Of a stretch of 64,000 nt of DNA, positions 18,275-28,425 are shown in pieces. Positions within the stretch are counted from its first letter, which is position 1. Each line of letters starts with the position of its first letter. A model generated the notes under the pieces. That model was not told where the DNA came from and did not search any database. It worked only from the letters and a program-made list of their open reading frames with translations. Origin of the DNA: Proteobacteria bacterium UBA2133 (GTDB lineage: Bacteria > Pseudomonadota > Gammaproteobacteria > Arenicellales > UBA868); contig DCXP01000006.1 of assembly GCA_002327725.1 (NCBI GenBank), positions 19,480 through 83,479 of the forward strand. Reading direction: 5' to 3'. The translations under genes were made by a program, and so were the position numbers.

Positions 18275-20455
18275 TCAGCCGCGTGATCGCGAGACCCGGA
18301 TCACCGACCGGCGGGCGCGCAGTCGTCGAATAATGCGGGCGAGGTGCTTGCGGTCGCGCACCTCGATAGTAAACCGGATTGCAGAATTTCGATCGTCGCG
18401 GGCGGTCACCAGAACATGGTTGATATTGGAATCTTCTTCTGCGATCACCGAGGCCAGCGTTGCAAAAACCCCGCGCCGGTTCACCACCTCAAGGCGGATA
18501 TCGGCCTCAAAGGTATTTTTGATGTCATCCGACCATTCAACGCCAATCCACGTATCCGGCCGTTTGCTCTGTTCGCGGGCGTTGGGGCAGGTCGGCCTGT
18601 GTATCACGATGCCCCGGCCTCGCGAGAACAGCCCGACAATCCCGTCCCCGGGGATGGGTCTGCAGCAGCGTGCGTAGGAAACACTCATCCCCTCGACACC
18701 GCGGATCGGCAGCGGTTCACTTCTGGCGGAGTCGGCACCTTTGGCTTCCGGCAGCAGTTGCCGGGCAACCACCATCGGCAGGCGCCGACCCATGCCGATA
18801 TCTGTCAAAAGTTCATTCCAGTCCTCAAGCCCGATATGTTTCAGCAGTTGGATTTTCTGATCCGTACGCAGGCGTGTCGTCAGGCCTACGGTTTTGAGTG
18901 CGCGTTCCAGAAGCTGCCGGCCGAGTTTGCCCGCGTCTTCCTGATGCTGGTGTTTAAGGAAATCGCGGATGGCCGCCCGGGCCTTTGCCGTGACCACATA
19001 GTTCAGCCACAGCGGTGTGGGAACCGCTGAGCGGGCAGTCAGTATCTCCACGTGATCACCGTTACCGACCGGCTGATGCAGCGGCACGGGCTCGTTGTTG
19101 ATGCGGGCGCCGATGCAGCGATTACCGACGTCGGAATGCACCGAGTAGGCAAAATCCAGCGCGCTTGAACCTTTGGGTAGTTTTTTGATATCCCCATGGG
19201 GCGTGAACACATAGACCTCGTCAGGGTAAAGGTCGATCTTGAGGTGCTCAAGAAACTCCGAAGGATTACCGGCCTGATTCTGGGTATTGAGCAGATCCAG
19301 CAGCCAGTGGTGGGCGGGCGCCTGCGAGCCGCTGCGCTTTTCGCCGGTTTTGTACTGCCAGTGTGATGCCACACCGCTCTCTGCGGTCCAGTGCATCTCC
19401 ATCGTCCGTATCTGCACCTCGATGCTCTGGCCGAAGGTGCCAAAAAGCAGGGTATGCAGGGACTGGTAGCCGTTGGCTTTTGGGATCGCAATGTAATCTT
19501 TGAATTTGCCCGGTACCGGTTTATAGGTGTTGTGAATCACGCCGAGTACGCGGTAGCAGTCCTCGGCCGAACGCACGATGATCCGGATGGCGAAAATGTC
19601 CCGCATCTCTGACATCGGCACCCGCCGTGAACGCATCTTGCGGTACACGCTGTAGATATTCTTCTCGCGGCCCTCGACAGAGCCCTCGATGCCCACCTCC
19701 GCAAGTTCAGCTTCGATCTTGGTCACGATCTTCTGGATGATCGCCCGGTGATTGCCGCGGCGTTTGCCGAGCTCCTTGTAGATCGCGTTATAGCGCTTGG
19801 GGTAGAGGTGACGGAAGCTCAAGTCCTCGAGCTCCTGGGTCCACGTACGCATGCCCAGCCGGTTGGCGATAGGGGCGAAGATGTCCATGGTTTGTGCAGC
19901 AATCCACTTGCGCTTTTCGGGCGTGAGCGCATCGAGTGTGCGCATATTGTGGAGCCGGTCGGCCAGCTTGATCAGGATGACCCGGATATCTTTCGCCATC
20001 GCCAGCAGCATCTTGCGGAAGTTTTCAGCTTCCGCGTGCTCGCGTGATTCAAAGTCGATCTGATCGATCTTGCTGACCCCATCCACCAGCTGCGCAACGT
20101 CCTTGCCGAAGCGCGATGAGAGCTCTTCCTTAGCGGTAGGGGTGTCCTCGATAACGTCGTGCAGCAGCGCTGCGATGATGCTGCGGCTGTCGAGCCGCAT
20201 ATCGCCGAGAATGGCCGCGACGGACAAGGGGTGGAAAATGTAGGCCTCACCGCTTCGGCGCACCTGGCCCTCATGGGCTTCGGCGCCAAACAGATAGGCG
20301 TCGTAGACGGCTTTGACTTCCTCAGAATCCAGATACTGCTCGACGACCGCGAGCAGATCGCTGATCAGCAGCCGGCCCTCGCTGGATTTCGCGGACCTCT
20401 GCCGGTTTTCAGCTGACGGGCTTTTCCTCCGCGTCGTCGCCGGTGTTGTCGGCAT
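18275..20455 (-). CDS. spoT: Bifunctional (p)ppGpp synthetase/hydrolase
   Basis: [11 protein letters not shown] (HD hydrolase), [40 protein letters not shown] and ACT domains; ATG 20455 has GAGGA 8 nt upstream. Confidence 0.96.
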   Translation of the reverse strand: MPTTPATTRRKSPSAENRQRSAKSSEGRLLISDLLAVVEQYLDSEEVKAVYDAYLFGAEAHEGQVRRSGEAYIFHPLSVAAILGDMRLDSRSIIAALLHDVIEDTPTAKEELSSRFGKDVAQLVDGVSKIDQIDFESREHAEAENFRKMLLAMAKDIRVILIKLADRLHNMRTLDALTPEKRKWIAAQTMDIFAPIANRLGMRTWTQELEDLSFRHLYPKRYNAIYKELGKRRGNHRAIIQKIVTKIEAELAEVGIEGSVEGREKNIYSVYRKMRSRRVPMSEMRDIFAIRIIVRSAEDCYRVLGVIHNTYKPVPGKFKDYIAIPKANGYQSLHTLLFGTFGQSIEVQIRTMEMHWTAESGVASHWQYKTGEKRSGSQAPAHHWLLDLLNTQNQAGNPSEFLEHLKIDLYPDEVYVFTPHGDIKKLPKGSSALDFAYSVHSDVGNRCIGARINNEPVPLHQPVGNGDHVEILTARSAVPTPLWLNYVVTAKARAAIRDFLKHQHQEDAGKLGRQLLERALKTVGLTTRLRTDQKIQLLKHIGLEDWNELLTDIGMGRRLPMVVARQLLPEAKGADSARSEPLPIRGVEGMSVSYARCCRPIPGDGIVGLFSRGRGIVIHRPTCPNAREQSKRPDTWIGVEWSDDIKNTFEADIRLEVVNRRGVFATLASVIAEEDSNINHVLVTARDDRNSAIRFTIEVRDRKHLARIIRRLRARRSVIRVSRSRG

Positions 20456-20873
20456 CGTGCGTTTCCTCGTCACTGGCGGCTTCGAGCGCCTGCGCGACCG
20501 GCGCCGATTCGATCAGATCGGCCAGAGCAGCGAGGTCTTCCGCAGAAATCTCGGCCTCGTTCGAATCCTCGGCGTCTGAATCAGACGCTCCGGCCGTCGT
20601 CGCACCCGGGGCCTGGGATGCTTCGCCCTCCCCGGGCGCAAATACTTCTTCGAGTTCCTGTCGAGTATCGACCTCTACCTCTTTGAGAATGTCACTGGTC
20701 ACCAGGCCCTCGGCAATCTCGCGAAGCGCAATAACAGTATGCTTGTCCCGATCCTCGGGCACCAGCGGGTCATGGCCCAACTGTAACTGCCGCGTGCGGC
20801 GGGCAGCGACCAGCACGAGCTCAAAGCGGTTGTCGACGTTTTCGAGGCAATCCTCGACGGTAATTCTTGCCAT
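20409..20873 (-). CDS. rpoZ: RNA polymerase omega subunit with long acidic C-terminal tail
   Basis: [43 protein letters not shown]; 154 aa. Confidence 0.96.
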   Translation of the reverse strand: MARITVEDCLENVDNRFELVLVAARRTRQLQLGHDPLVPEDRDKHTVIALREIAEGLVTSDILKEVEVDTRQELEEVFAPGEGEASQAPGATTAGASDSDAEDSNEAEISAEDLAALADLIESAPVAQALEAASDEETHDADNTGDDAEEKPVS

Positions 20874-20988
20874 CGGTGTTCTCCAGAAACCATGCGGCCC
20901 GGGGCGATCCCGGCAGGGATCAGGGGCGATCTGATGAGTCCTGCGGAACCTTAAGGTCCTCGTTAAAGCCCAATCTTCACAAGGATCG

Positions 20989-21666
20989 CTAAAGGTCTGC
21001 TGTCTTGGATGTTTTTAGTCTAACGTTTTTTGCACAATCTACAAGCGCCCCGACATCAAAACCCTGGCCGGATTCAGGGGCCTTACCGCGCCGGACAAGG
21101 GCTTCAAGTTCGCCAAGCGCGGCATCAAAGCCGGCATTGATCAGGATGTGATCGTATTCGTCGTGGTGGCTCATCTCGCTCGCGGCCTCGGAAAGACGCA
21201 AGGCGATCTCTTCCGGGGTTTCCCGGCCCCGCGCAGCCAGCCGCTTGGCCAGAACCTCAACTGACGGCGGCAGGATGTACACGCTGACCGCAGCGGGAAA
21301 AGCGTGCCGGGCCTGTCGCGCGCCCTGCCAGTCGATGTCCAGTATGACGCTGCGACCCTGGGCGAGCGCCTGCTCTACGGTTTCTCGCGAGGTTCCGTAG
21401 TAGTGGTCGAAGACCCGGGCATATTCAAGCAGTTCTTTGTCTTCTACCATCTGCTCAAATACCGCCTGGTCAACAAAGAAATAGTCCACGCTGTCAGTTT
21501 CACCAGGGCGCAGCGGGCGGGTCGTGTGAGACACAGACGTGACCATGTCATCACAACGCTCGACCAGGGCGCGGGCCAGGCTGCTTTTTCCACCTCCTGA
21601 CGGCGCAGACAGAATATAGAGCGTGGGGTTTTGGGCAGGGGTCTTGGCCTGTGCGCCTTTACTCAA
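20989..21666 (-). CDS. gmk: Guanylate kinase
   Basis: [45 protein letters not shown]; probable TTG start at 21666 overlapping the yicC stop. Confidence 0.95.
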   Translation of the reverse strand: MSKGAQAKTPAQNPTLYILSAPSGGGKSSLARALVERCDDMVTSVSHTTRPLRPGETDSVDYFFVDQAVFEQMVEDKELLEYARVFDHYYGTSRETVEQALAQGRSVILDIDWQGARQARHAFPAAVSVYILPPSVEVLAKRLAARGRETPEEIALRLSEAASEMSHHDEYDHILINAGFDAALGELEALVRRGKAPESGQGFDVGALVDCAKNVRLKTSKTADL

Positions 21667-22525
21667 TGTTCTGCACCTGTTCGCGCATCTGCTCAATCAG
21701 CACCTTGAGGTTGACTGAAGCATTGGTCTGTTCGGGATGCGCCGACTTCGATCCAAGCGTGTTGGCTTCCCGGTTCAACTCCTGCATGAGAAAGTCCAAC
21801 CGGCGGCCGATTGGCTTGCTTTGGCCGAACGCCTGCTCGACCTCCTCAAGGTGCAACTTCAGCCGATCGACTTCCTCGCTCACCTCACTCTTCGCCAGCA
21901 ACAGTACCATCTCCTGTTCCAGTCGCTCAGGATCAACCTGCACAGCCACTTCGGCAAGCCGCTGCTCCAGGCGCTCACGGTACACCGCACCGATTTCGGG
22001 CAGCCGGTCCTCAAGGGTACTGATCGCGTCCGATGCTGCCCTGACGCGTGCCTGAAGCATCTGCACCAAAGCCCCGCCTTCGCGTTCCCGCGACTCTGAT
22101 AACTGTGCCAGGGCCTTTTGCAGCAGGTTGCCAGCCTCCGAGGCGAGCGCCTGCTCATCCACCGCCGGGGTGGACATCACGCCTGGCCATTTCAGTACCT
22201 CGCCGACCCGCAGTGGCTGTACCTCAGGCAATATGCTGCGGGCGCTTTGCGACCAGGCGGCCAGTTGACCGATGCGGCCGGTGTCGATCTGGGGCTCGGC
22301 CGACCCTGCCGTCGGCGGCACATATCGAAGCCAGCCGTCCACGCGGCCGCGGCTGACCACCGCCGCAATGGCATCGCGAAAAGCACCCTCCTGAAAACGA
22401 AGCTCTTCCGGAAGCCGCATGGCGACCTCACGGAAGCGATGGTTTACCGAACGCAACTCCCAGGTCAGGTCTCCTAACGGGGTTTGGGACGCGCAGCGCG
22501 CGAAAGCCGTCATGCTCTTGGGCAA
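21659..22525 (-). CDS. yicC: YicC/YloC family endoribonuclease
   Basis: [63 protein letters not shown]. Confidence 0.96.
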   Translation of the reverse strand: MPKSMTAFARCASQTPLGDLTWELRSVNHRFREVAMRLPEELRFQEGAFRDAIAAVVSRGRVDGWLRYVPPTAGSAEPQIDTGRIGQLAAWSQSARSILPEVQPLRVGEVLKWPGVMSTPAVDEQALASEAGNLLQKALAQLSESREREGGALVQMLQARVRAASDAISTLEDRLPEIGAVYRERLEQRLAEVAVQVDPERLEQEMVLLLAKSEVSEEVDRLKLHLEEVEQAFGQSKPIGRRLDFLMQELNREANTLGSKSAHPEQTNASVNLKVLIEQMREQVQNIE

Positions 22526-22656
22526 GTGGGGTCTCCAGTGTTATCGTCTGCCGGCGAGCGTATGCCGGCCGGGGCTGCATCCATATCAGACAAGAAACTA
22601 TACTGTATTCTCGATCACCAGCGTTTGCCTCTCGCCCGTACAAACCATCACCCACT

Positions 22657-23547
22657 ATGGCAAGCAGACTCCCCCTTCAGACCGGCTATGTGCTCAAGGG
22701 TTATACCGTCGGAGAAGTGCTCGGCGGTGGCGGTTTCAGCCTGGTGTATCTCGCCAGCAGTGAACTTGACCGGCGCAAGTTCGTCATCAAGGAATATTGC
22801 CCCCAGGATCTGGTTTCCCGCAAACCCGACGGGACTCTGGAGCCCAACGCACCGCTGTCACAGGCACCGTTTCGCAATGGCCTGGAAAAGTTTCACTTTG
22901 AGGCGGAGCGCATGAGCACCGTGCGCCACCCCAATGTGATCAGTGTTGCCGAATACTTCGAGGCGAACAACACGCTGTACATGGTCATGACTCACGAGGA
23001 GGGTCGTGATCTACGATGGTTCATTAACAAATTGGCAGGAGAACTCGACTGGGACTTTCTGCAGCAGGTGTTTCCGCCCATTGGTGATGGACTCTGGCGT
23101 ATGCACCAGCAGGGCGTGGTCCACCTCGACGTCAAGCCGGCCAACGTTCTGCTTCGCAGCAGCGGTCAACCGCTGCTGCTGGATTTCGGTGCGGCACAAA
23201 CCATGGACAACGACGACCGGTTTGGGTCGTTCCAGACCCTGACCCACGGCTTTGCCCCGCCCGAGCAGTATCTCGACGGCGATCTTGGTCCGTGGACGGA
23301 CATCTACGGCTTGGCCGCAACCATCTATAACTGCATTACTGGTGCTTCGCCGCCGCCGGCCCTGAAGCGACGTGACGGAGCCTCCCTGGAGAAACTGACC
23401 GTCTCGCGCTCGGGGGCTTATCCCTATACCCTGCTGAAAGCCGTTGAAGACGCCCTGTCGCTCGATCAGGGACAACGCCCCCACGACATGCACGCCTTTT
23501 TGTCTCTCGCTTTTGGCGCTGCTTCGCATACGCCGGCTACCCCATAA
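22657..23547 (+). CDS. Hanks-type Ser/Thr protein kinase (kinase domain only)
   Basis: LGGGGFSLVY, VIKEY, HLDVKPANV (non-RD), LDFGAA, GFAPPE, WTDIYGLA. Confidence 0.93.
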   Translation: MASRLPLQTGYVLKGYTVGEVLGGGGFSLVYLASSELDRRKFVIKEYCPQDLVSRKPDGTLEPNAPLSQAPFRNGLEKFHFEAERMSTVRHPNVISVAEYFEANNTLYMVMTHEEGRDLRWFINKLAGELDWDFLQQVFPPIGDGLWRMHQQGVVHLDVKPANVLLRSSGQPLLLDFGAAQTMDNDDRFGSFQTLTHGFAPPEQYLDGDLGPWTDIYGLAATIYNCITGASPPPALKRRDGASLEKLTVSRSGAYPYTLLKAVEDALSLDQGQRPHDMHAFLSLAFGAASHTPATP

Positions 23548-23600
23548 CGTGTACTGACCCCTTCTGCTGCTGGATCCCGCGACTGAGCCGATCCCTCGGT

Positions 23601-23628
23601 TTGCCTTGTTTCCGAAGAGTGCTACAGT
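23601..23628 (+). promoter_or_regulatory. Candidate sigma70 promoter for the GntR gene
   Basis: TTGCCT (23601-23606), 16-nt spacer, TGcTACAGT extended -10 (23620-23628). Confidence 0.45.
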
Positions 23629-23637
23629 CCACCCCTG

Positions 23638-23648
23638 TGGTCTTACCA
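23638..23648. promoter_or_regulatory. FadR-subfamily operator (PdhR/LldR/GlcC-type TGGTnnnACCA)
   Basis: TGGTCTTACCA equals the core of the reverse-complemented E. coli PdhR box AATTGGTAAGACCAATT; it sits between the candidate -10 and the AGGA RBS of a FadR-type regulator. Confidence 0.75.
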
Positions 23649-23662
23649 GATAACCAGGAACT

Positions 23663-24415
23663 ATGGCTCGCGAACGCGTCTGCGATTTCGTCGTCCGGCA
23701 GATAGAACAACTCATTCTCGAGGGCGCCCTGAAACCGGGTGACCGGCTACCGGCCGAACGTAAGTTCGCGGCGCAGCTCCGGGTCTCCCGCCCATCACTG
23801 CGCGAAGGCCTGCAGATTCTCTCCGCCCGCGGATTGCTGGTGACCCGCCGCGGCGGGGCGACAGAAATCACCGAGAGCCTGGATCCGGCGCTTGAGAACC
23901 CGCTGCTCGAGTTGATCAGCGCGTCGCCCGACGCACAGCAAGACGTCATGGAGTTGCGTCACGCCCTCGAGTCGATGGCGGCTTACCACGCAGCGGCCCG
24001 GCGGACAGAGATCGATATCGAAGTGCTGCGGACGGCCTACAAGCGGATGATTGGCTCTCATAGTGAGGGCGATGCCGTAGTGGAAGCAACAGCCGATGCG
24101 GATTTTCATCTTGCGATCGGTGAAGCCTCGCACAACGTAGTACTGGTGCACGTCATGCGCAGTCTGTTCTCGCTGCTGCGCCGGAGTATTCACTACAACC
24201 TCGAGAACCTGTACCAGAGGCCCGACAACTTCAAGCACCTGCGGGATCAGCATTACCACCTGATGAACGCTATTATCGATGGTGATCCAGAGGCGGCCAA
24301 AGCGGCCTCGGATGCGCATATCAGCTATGTTGAGAAAACCCTGCAGGACATGAATATTCACCGAACACGGGAGGCCCGAGCGCACCGGCGCGCGACGGGT
24401 CTCAGTCTTTCCTGA
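23663..24415 (+). CDS. GntR/FadR family regulator (PdhR/LldR/GlcC-like, FCD domain)
   Basis: LKPGDRLPAER...VSRPSLREGL wHTH; ADADFHLAIGEASHNVVL FCD motif. Confidence 0.93.
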   Translation: MARERVCDFVVRQIEQLILEGALKPGDRLPAERKFAAQLRVSRPSLREGLQILSARGLLVTRRGGATEITESLDPALENPLLELISASPDAQQDVMELRHALESMAAYHAAARRTEIDIEVLRTAYKRMIGSHSEGDAVVEATADADFHLAIGEASHNVVLVHVMRSLFSLLRRSIHYNLENLYQRPDNFKHLRDQHYHLMNAIIDGDPEAAKAASDAHISYVEKTLQDMNIHRTREARAHRRATGLSLS

Positions 24416-24551
24416 TCGGGCAGACAATGCAAAACCTGCCGATGATGACAGGTGGGGGCTTCTGGCTTCGCGCGATAGCGCACAAAGCGAGCTCTCGGGG
24501 CGCGTGGTTTGCGGCCACGCTTGTATCCATCCCCCGCTGACGTAAACACCC

Positions 24552-25025
24552 ATGCGAAACACACTGACGCTTTTGCTCATGTTGTCGGGCACGTGGTTCC
24601 TGCTGTCCGGACATACCAGCCCTGTGCTGCTGTCGCTCGGGCTGCTATCCGTCGCGGCGGTAATCGCATGTACCTCGCGTCTTGAGCTGGTTGACGACGA
24701 AGGGATGCCGGTGCACCTGCTGCCCGGTCTCATCCGCTACGTTCCGTGGCTCATCGGACAGATCATCCGCTCAAACCTGGACGTGGCGCGACGGATCATC
24801 AACCCGAAACTTCCCATCAGCCCTTCGGTTATCCACGTTGATGCCAAGCGCCTCACCGAGGTGGGGCGGGTCACCTACGCCAACTCGATTACCCTCACGC
24901 CCGGTACGATCTCTCTGGATGTCTCAGAGGAAACCATTGAGGTGCACGCCCTGACGGAGAATGCAGCAGCTGACTTGGCGTCCGGTGAAATGGCGCGCCG
25001 GGTACAAAGAGCGGAGGGCACGTGA
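24552..25025 (+). CDS. mrpE: Mrp/Mnh Na+/H+ antiporter subunit E
   Basis: IIRSNLDVARRII, YANSITLTPGTISLDV, IEVHAL. Confidence 0.93.
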   Translation: MRNTLTLLLMLSGTWFLLSGHTSPVLLSLGLLSVAAVIACTSRLELVDDEGMPVHLLPGLIRYVPWLIGQIIRSNLDVARRIINPKLPISPSVIHVDAKRLTEVGRVTYANSITLTPGTISLDVSEETIEVHALTENAAADLASGEMARRVQRAEGT

Positions 25026-25315
25026 CCCTCACCGTCACACTTATCGCGCTGCTGGTCACCATGGCGTTCGCACTGATCCGAGCGATCAAGGGTCCGACCG
25101 TTTACGACCGTATTCTGGCTTCCAATGCACTCGGCACCAAGACCGTGCTGATGATTGCGGTTCTGGGTTTTGTGGTGGGCGACCCCGAACTCTACATCGA
25201 CATCGCGCTGATGTACGTTCTTATCGGATTTATCGGTACCGTTGCCGTACTCAAAGTCTCCGAGTTCGGCAATCTCGGCCAGCCCCAGTCACACACCGAC
25301 GCGGAGGACACATGA
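25022..25315 (+). CDS. mrpF: Mrp/Mnh subunit F
   Basis: RAIKGPTVYDRILA; LYIDIALMYVLIGFIGTVA; GTGA overlap with mrpE. Confidence 0.93.
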   Translation: MTLTVTLIALLVTMAFALIRAIKGPTVYDRILASNALGTKTVLMIAVLGFVVGDPELYIDIALMYVLIGFIGTVAVLKVSEFGNLGQPQSHTDAEDT

Positions 25316-25626
25316 GTGCCGCCGTTGATATTCTGAGCGCGGTGCTGCTGCTGGTCGGTACCCTCTTTACCCTGATTGGCGGCACCGGGCTTTTGCGCCT
25401 GCCCGATGTCTTCACCCGCCTGCATGCGGCCAGTGTCACCGATACCCTGGGGGCAGGGGCCATCCTGCTTGGGCTGGCGCTGGCGGCAGGATGGAGCCTG
25501 CTGATGGGGAAGATCCTCGCCCTGCTGCTGATCATGGCGCTGCTCAGCCCGTCTGCCGCACATGCACTCGCGCGTGCCGCCATCCATGGTATCCGCAGGC
25601 CCTGGCTGGATGAGGCACAAAAGTAG
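25312..25626 (+). CDS. mrpG: Mrp/Mnh subunit G
   Basis: GLLRLPDVFTRLHAASVTDTLG; SPSAAHALARAA; ATG 25312 after GGAGG overlaps the mrpF stop. Confidence 0.93.
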   Translation: MSAAVDILSAVLLLVGTLFTLIGGTGLLRLPDVFTRLHAASVTDTLGAGAILLGLALAAGWSLLMGKILALLLIMALLSPSAAHALARAAIHGIRRPWLDEAQK

Positions 25627-26184
25627 GTGTTGATCGAAGCGGTCAACATTGTGTTGCTGGCGCTGCTTGCGGCTACCGCGATCGCGGCCGTGCGGCTGCA
25701 CGACCTCTTTGCCGTGGCGATGATGTTCGGCATCTACAGTCTGCTGGCAGCCGTTATGTTCGTTCTGCTGGATGCGCTGGACGTGGCCTTTACCGAGGCC
25801 GCAGTCGGGGTGGGCATCTCGACGGTGCTGATGCTCGCTACGATCGGGCTGGTCGGCCGGCACGAACTGCCCTCGACCCACCGCTCCCTGCTGCCGCTCG
25901 CTGTCGTTGTCGCGACCGGTGCTGCACTGATTTACGGCACGCTGGACATGCCCTTCTTCGGTGATCCCGGTGCCCCGGTACACCAGCATGTGGCGCCGTA
26001 TTACATCAGTCAGTCGCCACACCAGACCGGTTTGCCTAATGTGGTCACAAGCGTTCTGGCGAGTTACCGCGGCTACGACACCCTCGGCGAACTGGCGGTG
26101 ATCTTTACCGCCGGTGTCGGCGTGCTGGCGCTGCTTGGGCTGCGCAGACGGAAACGTCCCGGAAAGCACAGGACAGCGCAATGA
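25627..26184 (+). CDS. DUF4040 / MrpB-related subunit (equivalent to the MrpA C-terminal portion)
   Basis: ALDVAFTEAAVGVGISTVL; NVVTSVLASYRGYDTLGE. Confidence 0.9.
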   Translation: MLIEAVNIVLLALLAATAIAAVRLHDLFAVAMMFGIYSLLAAVMFVLLDALDVAFTEAAVGVGISTVLMLATIGLVGRHELPSTHRSLLPLAVVVATGAALIYGTLDMPFFGDPGAPVHQHVAPYYISQSPHQTGLPNVVTSVLASYRGYDTLGELAVIFTAGVGVLALLGLRRRKRPGKHRTAQ

Positions 26185-26600
26185 TCGACAACCCGGTATT
26201 GCGCATCATCGCCAAGATCATCATCCCGATGATTCTGCTGTTTGCGCTCTACGTCCAGTTCCACGGCGATTTTGGACCGGGCGGGGGCTTCCAGGCGGGT
26301 GTGATCTTTGCCGCCGGCTTCATTCTCTACGGCCTGGTATTCGGCACCGAATCGCTGCGAAGCGCCGTGCCGCCCGCCGTCCTGCGGCTGCTGATCGCGG
26401 TCGGGTTGGCGCTCTTCGCCGGGGTCGGCGTGATCACGATGCTCGCAGGGTCTGACTATCTGGCATACAACGCGCTCTCAGAAGACCCCATCGCCGGGCA
26501 GCATCTGGGCATTCTTGTGGTCGAGTTTGGCGTGGGCGTCACCGTCAGCGCCGTCATGATCACCATCTTTCTTGCCTTTGCCGGACGCAACGATCCGTGA
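26181..26600 (+). CDS. mrpB: Mrp/Mnh subunit B
   Basis: HGDFGPGGGFQAGVIFA; LVVEFGVGVTV. Confidence 0.92.
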   Translation: MIDNPVLRIIAKIIIPMILLFALYVQFHGDFGPGGGFQAGVIFAAGFILYGLVFGTESLRSAVPPAVLRLLIAVGLALFAGVGVITMLAGSDYLAYNALSEDPIAGQHLGILVVEFGVGVTVSAVMITIFLAFAGRNDP

Positions 26601-26950
26601 CGATTGCCGGCCTTTACAACTACTGGATTGTCATCCTCTTAATGATGACCGGCTTTTATGTCGTCATCTCAAGCGGCAATCTGGTGAAAAAGATCATCGG
26701 CCTGAATCTCTTTCAGGCGTCCGTATTCATCCTCTATATCAGCATCGGCAAGATCGCCAACGGTCATGTCCCGATACTGCAGGATGGCGTCAGCCATTAC
26801 TCGAACCCGCTTCCGCACGTACTGATCCTGACAGCGATTGTCGTGGGGGTCTCGACAACGGCACTGGGACTGGCGCTGGTGGTGCGGATTCGGGAGTCCT
26901 ACGGCTCAGTCGAGGAAGAAGAAATTCACCGGCAGGATGAGTCCTTGTGA
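26597..26950 (+). CDS. mrpC: Mrp/Mnh subunit C
   Basis: NLVKKIIGLNLFQ; SNPLPHVLILTAIVVG. Confidence 0.93.
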   Translation: MTIAGLYNYWIVILLMMTGFYVVISSGNLVKKIIGLNLFQASVFILYISIGKIANGHVPILQDGVSHYSNPLPHVLILTAIVVGVSTTALGLALVVRIRESYGSVEEEEIHRQDESL

Positions 26951-28425
26951 TTAACGGTCAGCTGCCGGCCCTGCAGGTGGTGGTGCCGTTGATCGCGGCG
27001 GCGCTCTGCCTGGTCCTGTCCCGCCCGGGCGCCGCATGGCTCATCACGTTTGCCGCCAGCGTGGTATCCATGCTGGTCTCTTTGCTGATGCTGGAAGAGG
27101 TCCTGCAATCGGGCGTCATTGACTACGCCTTTGGCGGCTGGGCTGCACCCTTCGGCATCGCCTACCGGGTCGATATCGTCAACGCCTATGTGCTGATGAT
27201 TGTTTCGACCATCAGCACGGTGGTATCGGTTTTCGCCCGGGTCAGTGTCGCCAGCGAAATTGAAACACACAACCAGGGCTTTTTTTACACCGCGTGGCTG
27301 CTGTGTCTGACCGGACTGCTTGGCATCGCGATCACCGGCGACGCTTTCAACCTTTTCGTGTTTCTCGAGATTTCATCGCTGTCCAGTTATGTGCTGATCG
27401 CGATGGGCTCCGACCGCAGGGCGCTGACCGCGGCATACCAGTACCTCATCATGGGCACCATCGGCGCCACGTTTATCCTCATCGGCGTTGGCCTGCTGTA
27501 CGCCCTGACCGGGACGCTCAATATGCTCGATCTCGCGGCGCGGCTGCCGGAAGTGGCCGACAGCCGCACCGCACGCACCGGTTTTGCTTTTTTGACCGTT
27601 GGCCTCGGCCTCAAGATCGCGCTCTTCCCATTACACCTGTGGCTACCCAATGCGTACGCCTATGCGCCCTCGGCCGTGAGTGCATTTCTGGCCGCGACCG
27701 CAACCAAAGTTGCCGTGTACGTACTGCTGAGATTCGTGTTTTCGGTGTTCGGTGTGGAGTTTGCCCTCGGCGCCATGCCGCTCGCGCTCGGTCTCGCGGT
27801 ACTGGGGTCGATCGCTGTGCTATCGGCCTCGACGGTCGCCATCTTCCAGCAGAATCTCAAACGCATGCTGGCCTATTCCAGCGTGGCCCAGGTCGGCTAT
27901 CTGGCACTCGGTGTCAGCCTTGCGACACCCGCGGGACTCACCGCCACCCTGCTGCATCTTTTCAACCATGCACTGATGAAGGGTGCACTCTTTGTCGCGT
28001 TGGGCTGTATTGCCTGGCGGATCGGCAGCAGCCGCCTGGAGGACTTCGCCGGGCTGGGTTACCGTATGCCCTGGACGATGGGAGTCTTCGTGGTCGGCGG
28101 GCTCAGCCTGATCGGCATCCCCCTGACAGCGGGCTTCATCAGCAAATGGTATCTGGTGCTGGCGGCGCTGGATAAGGGCTGGTGGCCGGTCACGGTTGTG
28201 ATCATCGCCGGCTCGCTGCTGGCGGTCATCTATATCTGGCGGGTGGTGGAAAGCGCCTACCTGGCGGACCCTCCTGCACAAACCGCCAAAGCCGAAGCAC
28301 CCGCCTCAATGCTGATCCCGGCCTGGCTGCTGGCAATTGCCAACCTGTACTTCGGATCGCATACGGATCTTAGCGTCGGCATTGCGGCCCGGGCCGCAGC
28401 GGGCCTGTTCGGGGCCGCACCGTGA
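26947..28425 (+). CDS. mrpD: Mrp/Mnh subunit D-type antiporter-like subunit (copy 1)
   Basis: FNLFVFLEISSL (TM5 Glu), GLKIALFPLHLWLPNAY, TATKVAVY (TM8 Lys), FISKWYL. Confidence 0.93.
   Translation: MINGQLPALQVVVPLIAAALCLVLSRPGAAWLITFAASVVSMLVSLLMLEEVLQSGVIDYAFGGWAAPFGIAYRVDIVNAYVLMIVSTISTVVSVFARVSVASEIETHNQGFFYTAWLLCLTGLLGIAITGDAFNLFVFLEISSLSSYVLIAMGSDRRALTAAYQYLIMGTIGATFILIGVGLLYALTGTLNMLDLAARLPEVADSRTARTGFAFLTVGLGLKIALFPLHLWLPNAYAYAPSAVSAFLAATATKVAVYVLLRFVFSVFGVEFALGAMPLALGLAVLGSIAVLSASTVAIFQQNLKRMLAYSSVAQVGYLALGVSLATPAGLTATLLHLFNHALMKGALFVALGCIAWRIGSSRLEDFAGLGYRMPWTMGVFVVGGLSLIGIPLTAGFISKWYLVLAALDKGWWPVTVVIIAGSLLAVIYIWRVVESAYLADPPAQTAKAEAPASMLIPAWLLAIANLYFGSHTDLSVGIAARAAAGLFGAAP

Noticed and set aside
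20931-20965. CTGATGAGTCC resembling a hammerhead ribozyme core in the gmk-rpoZ gap
   Set aside because: No closing GGAC-GAAA after stem II and no stems I/III around a cleavage triplet; it is also antisense to the operon.
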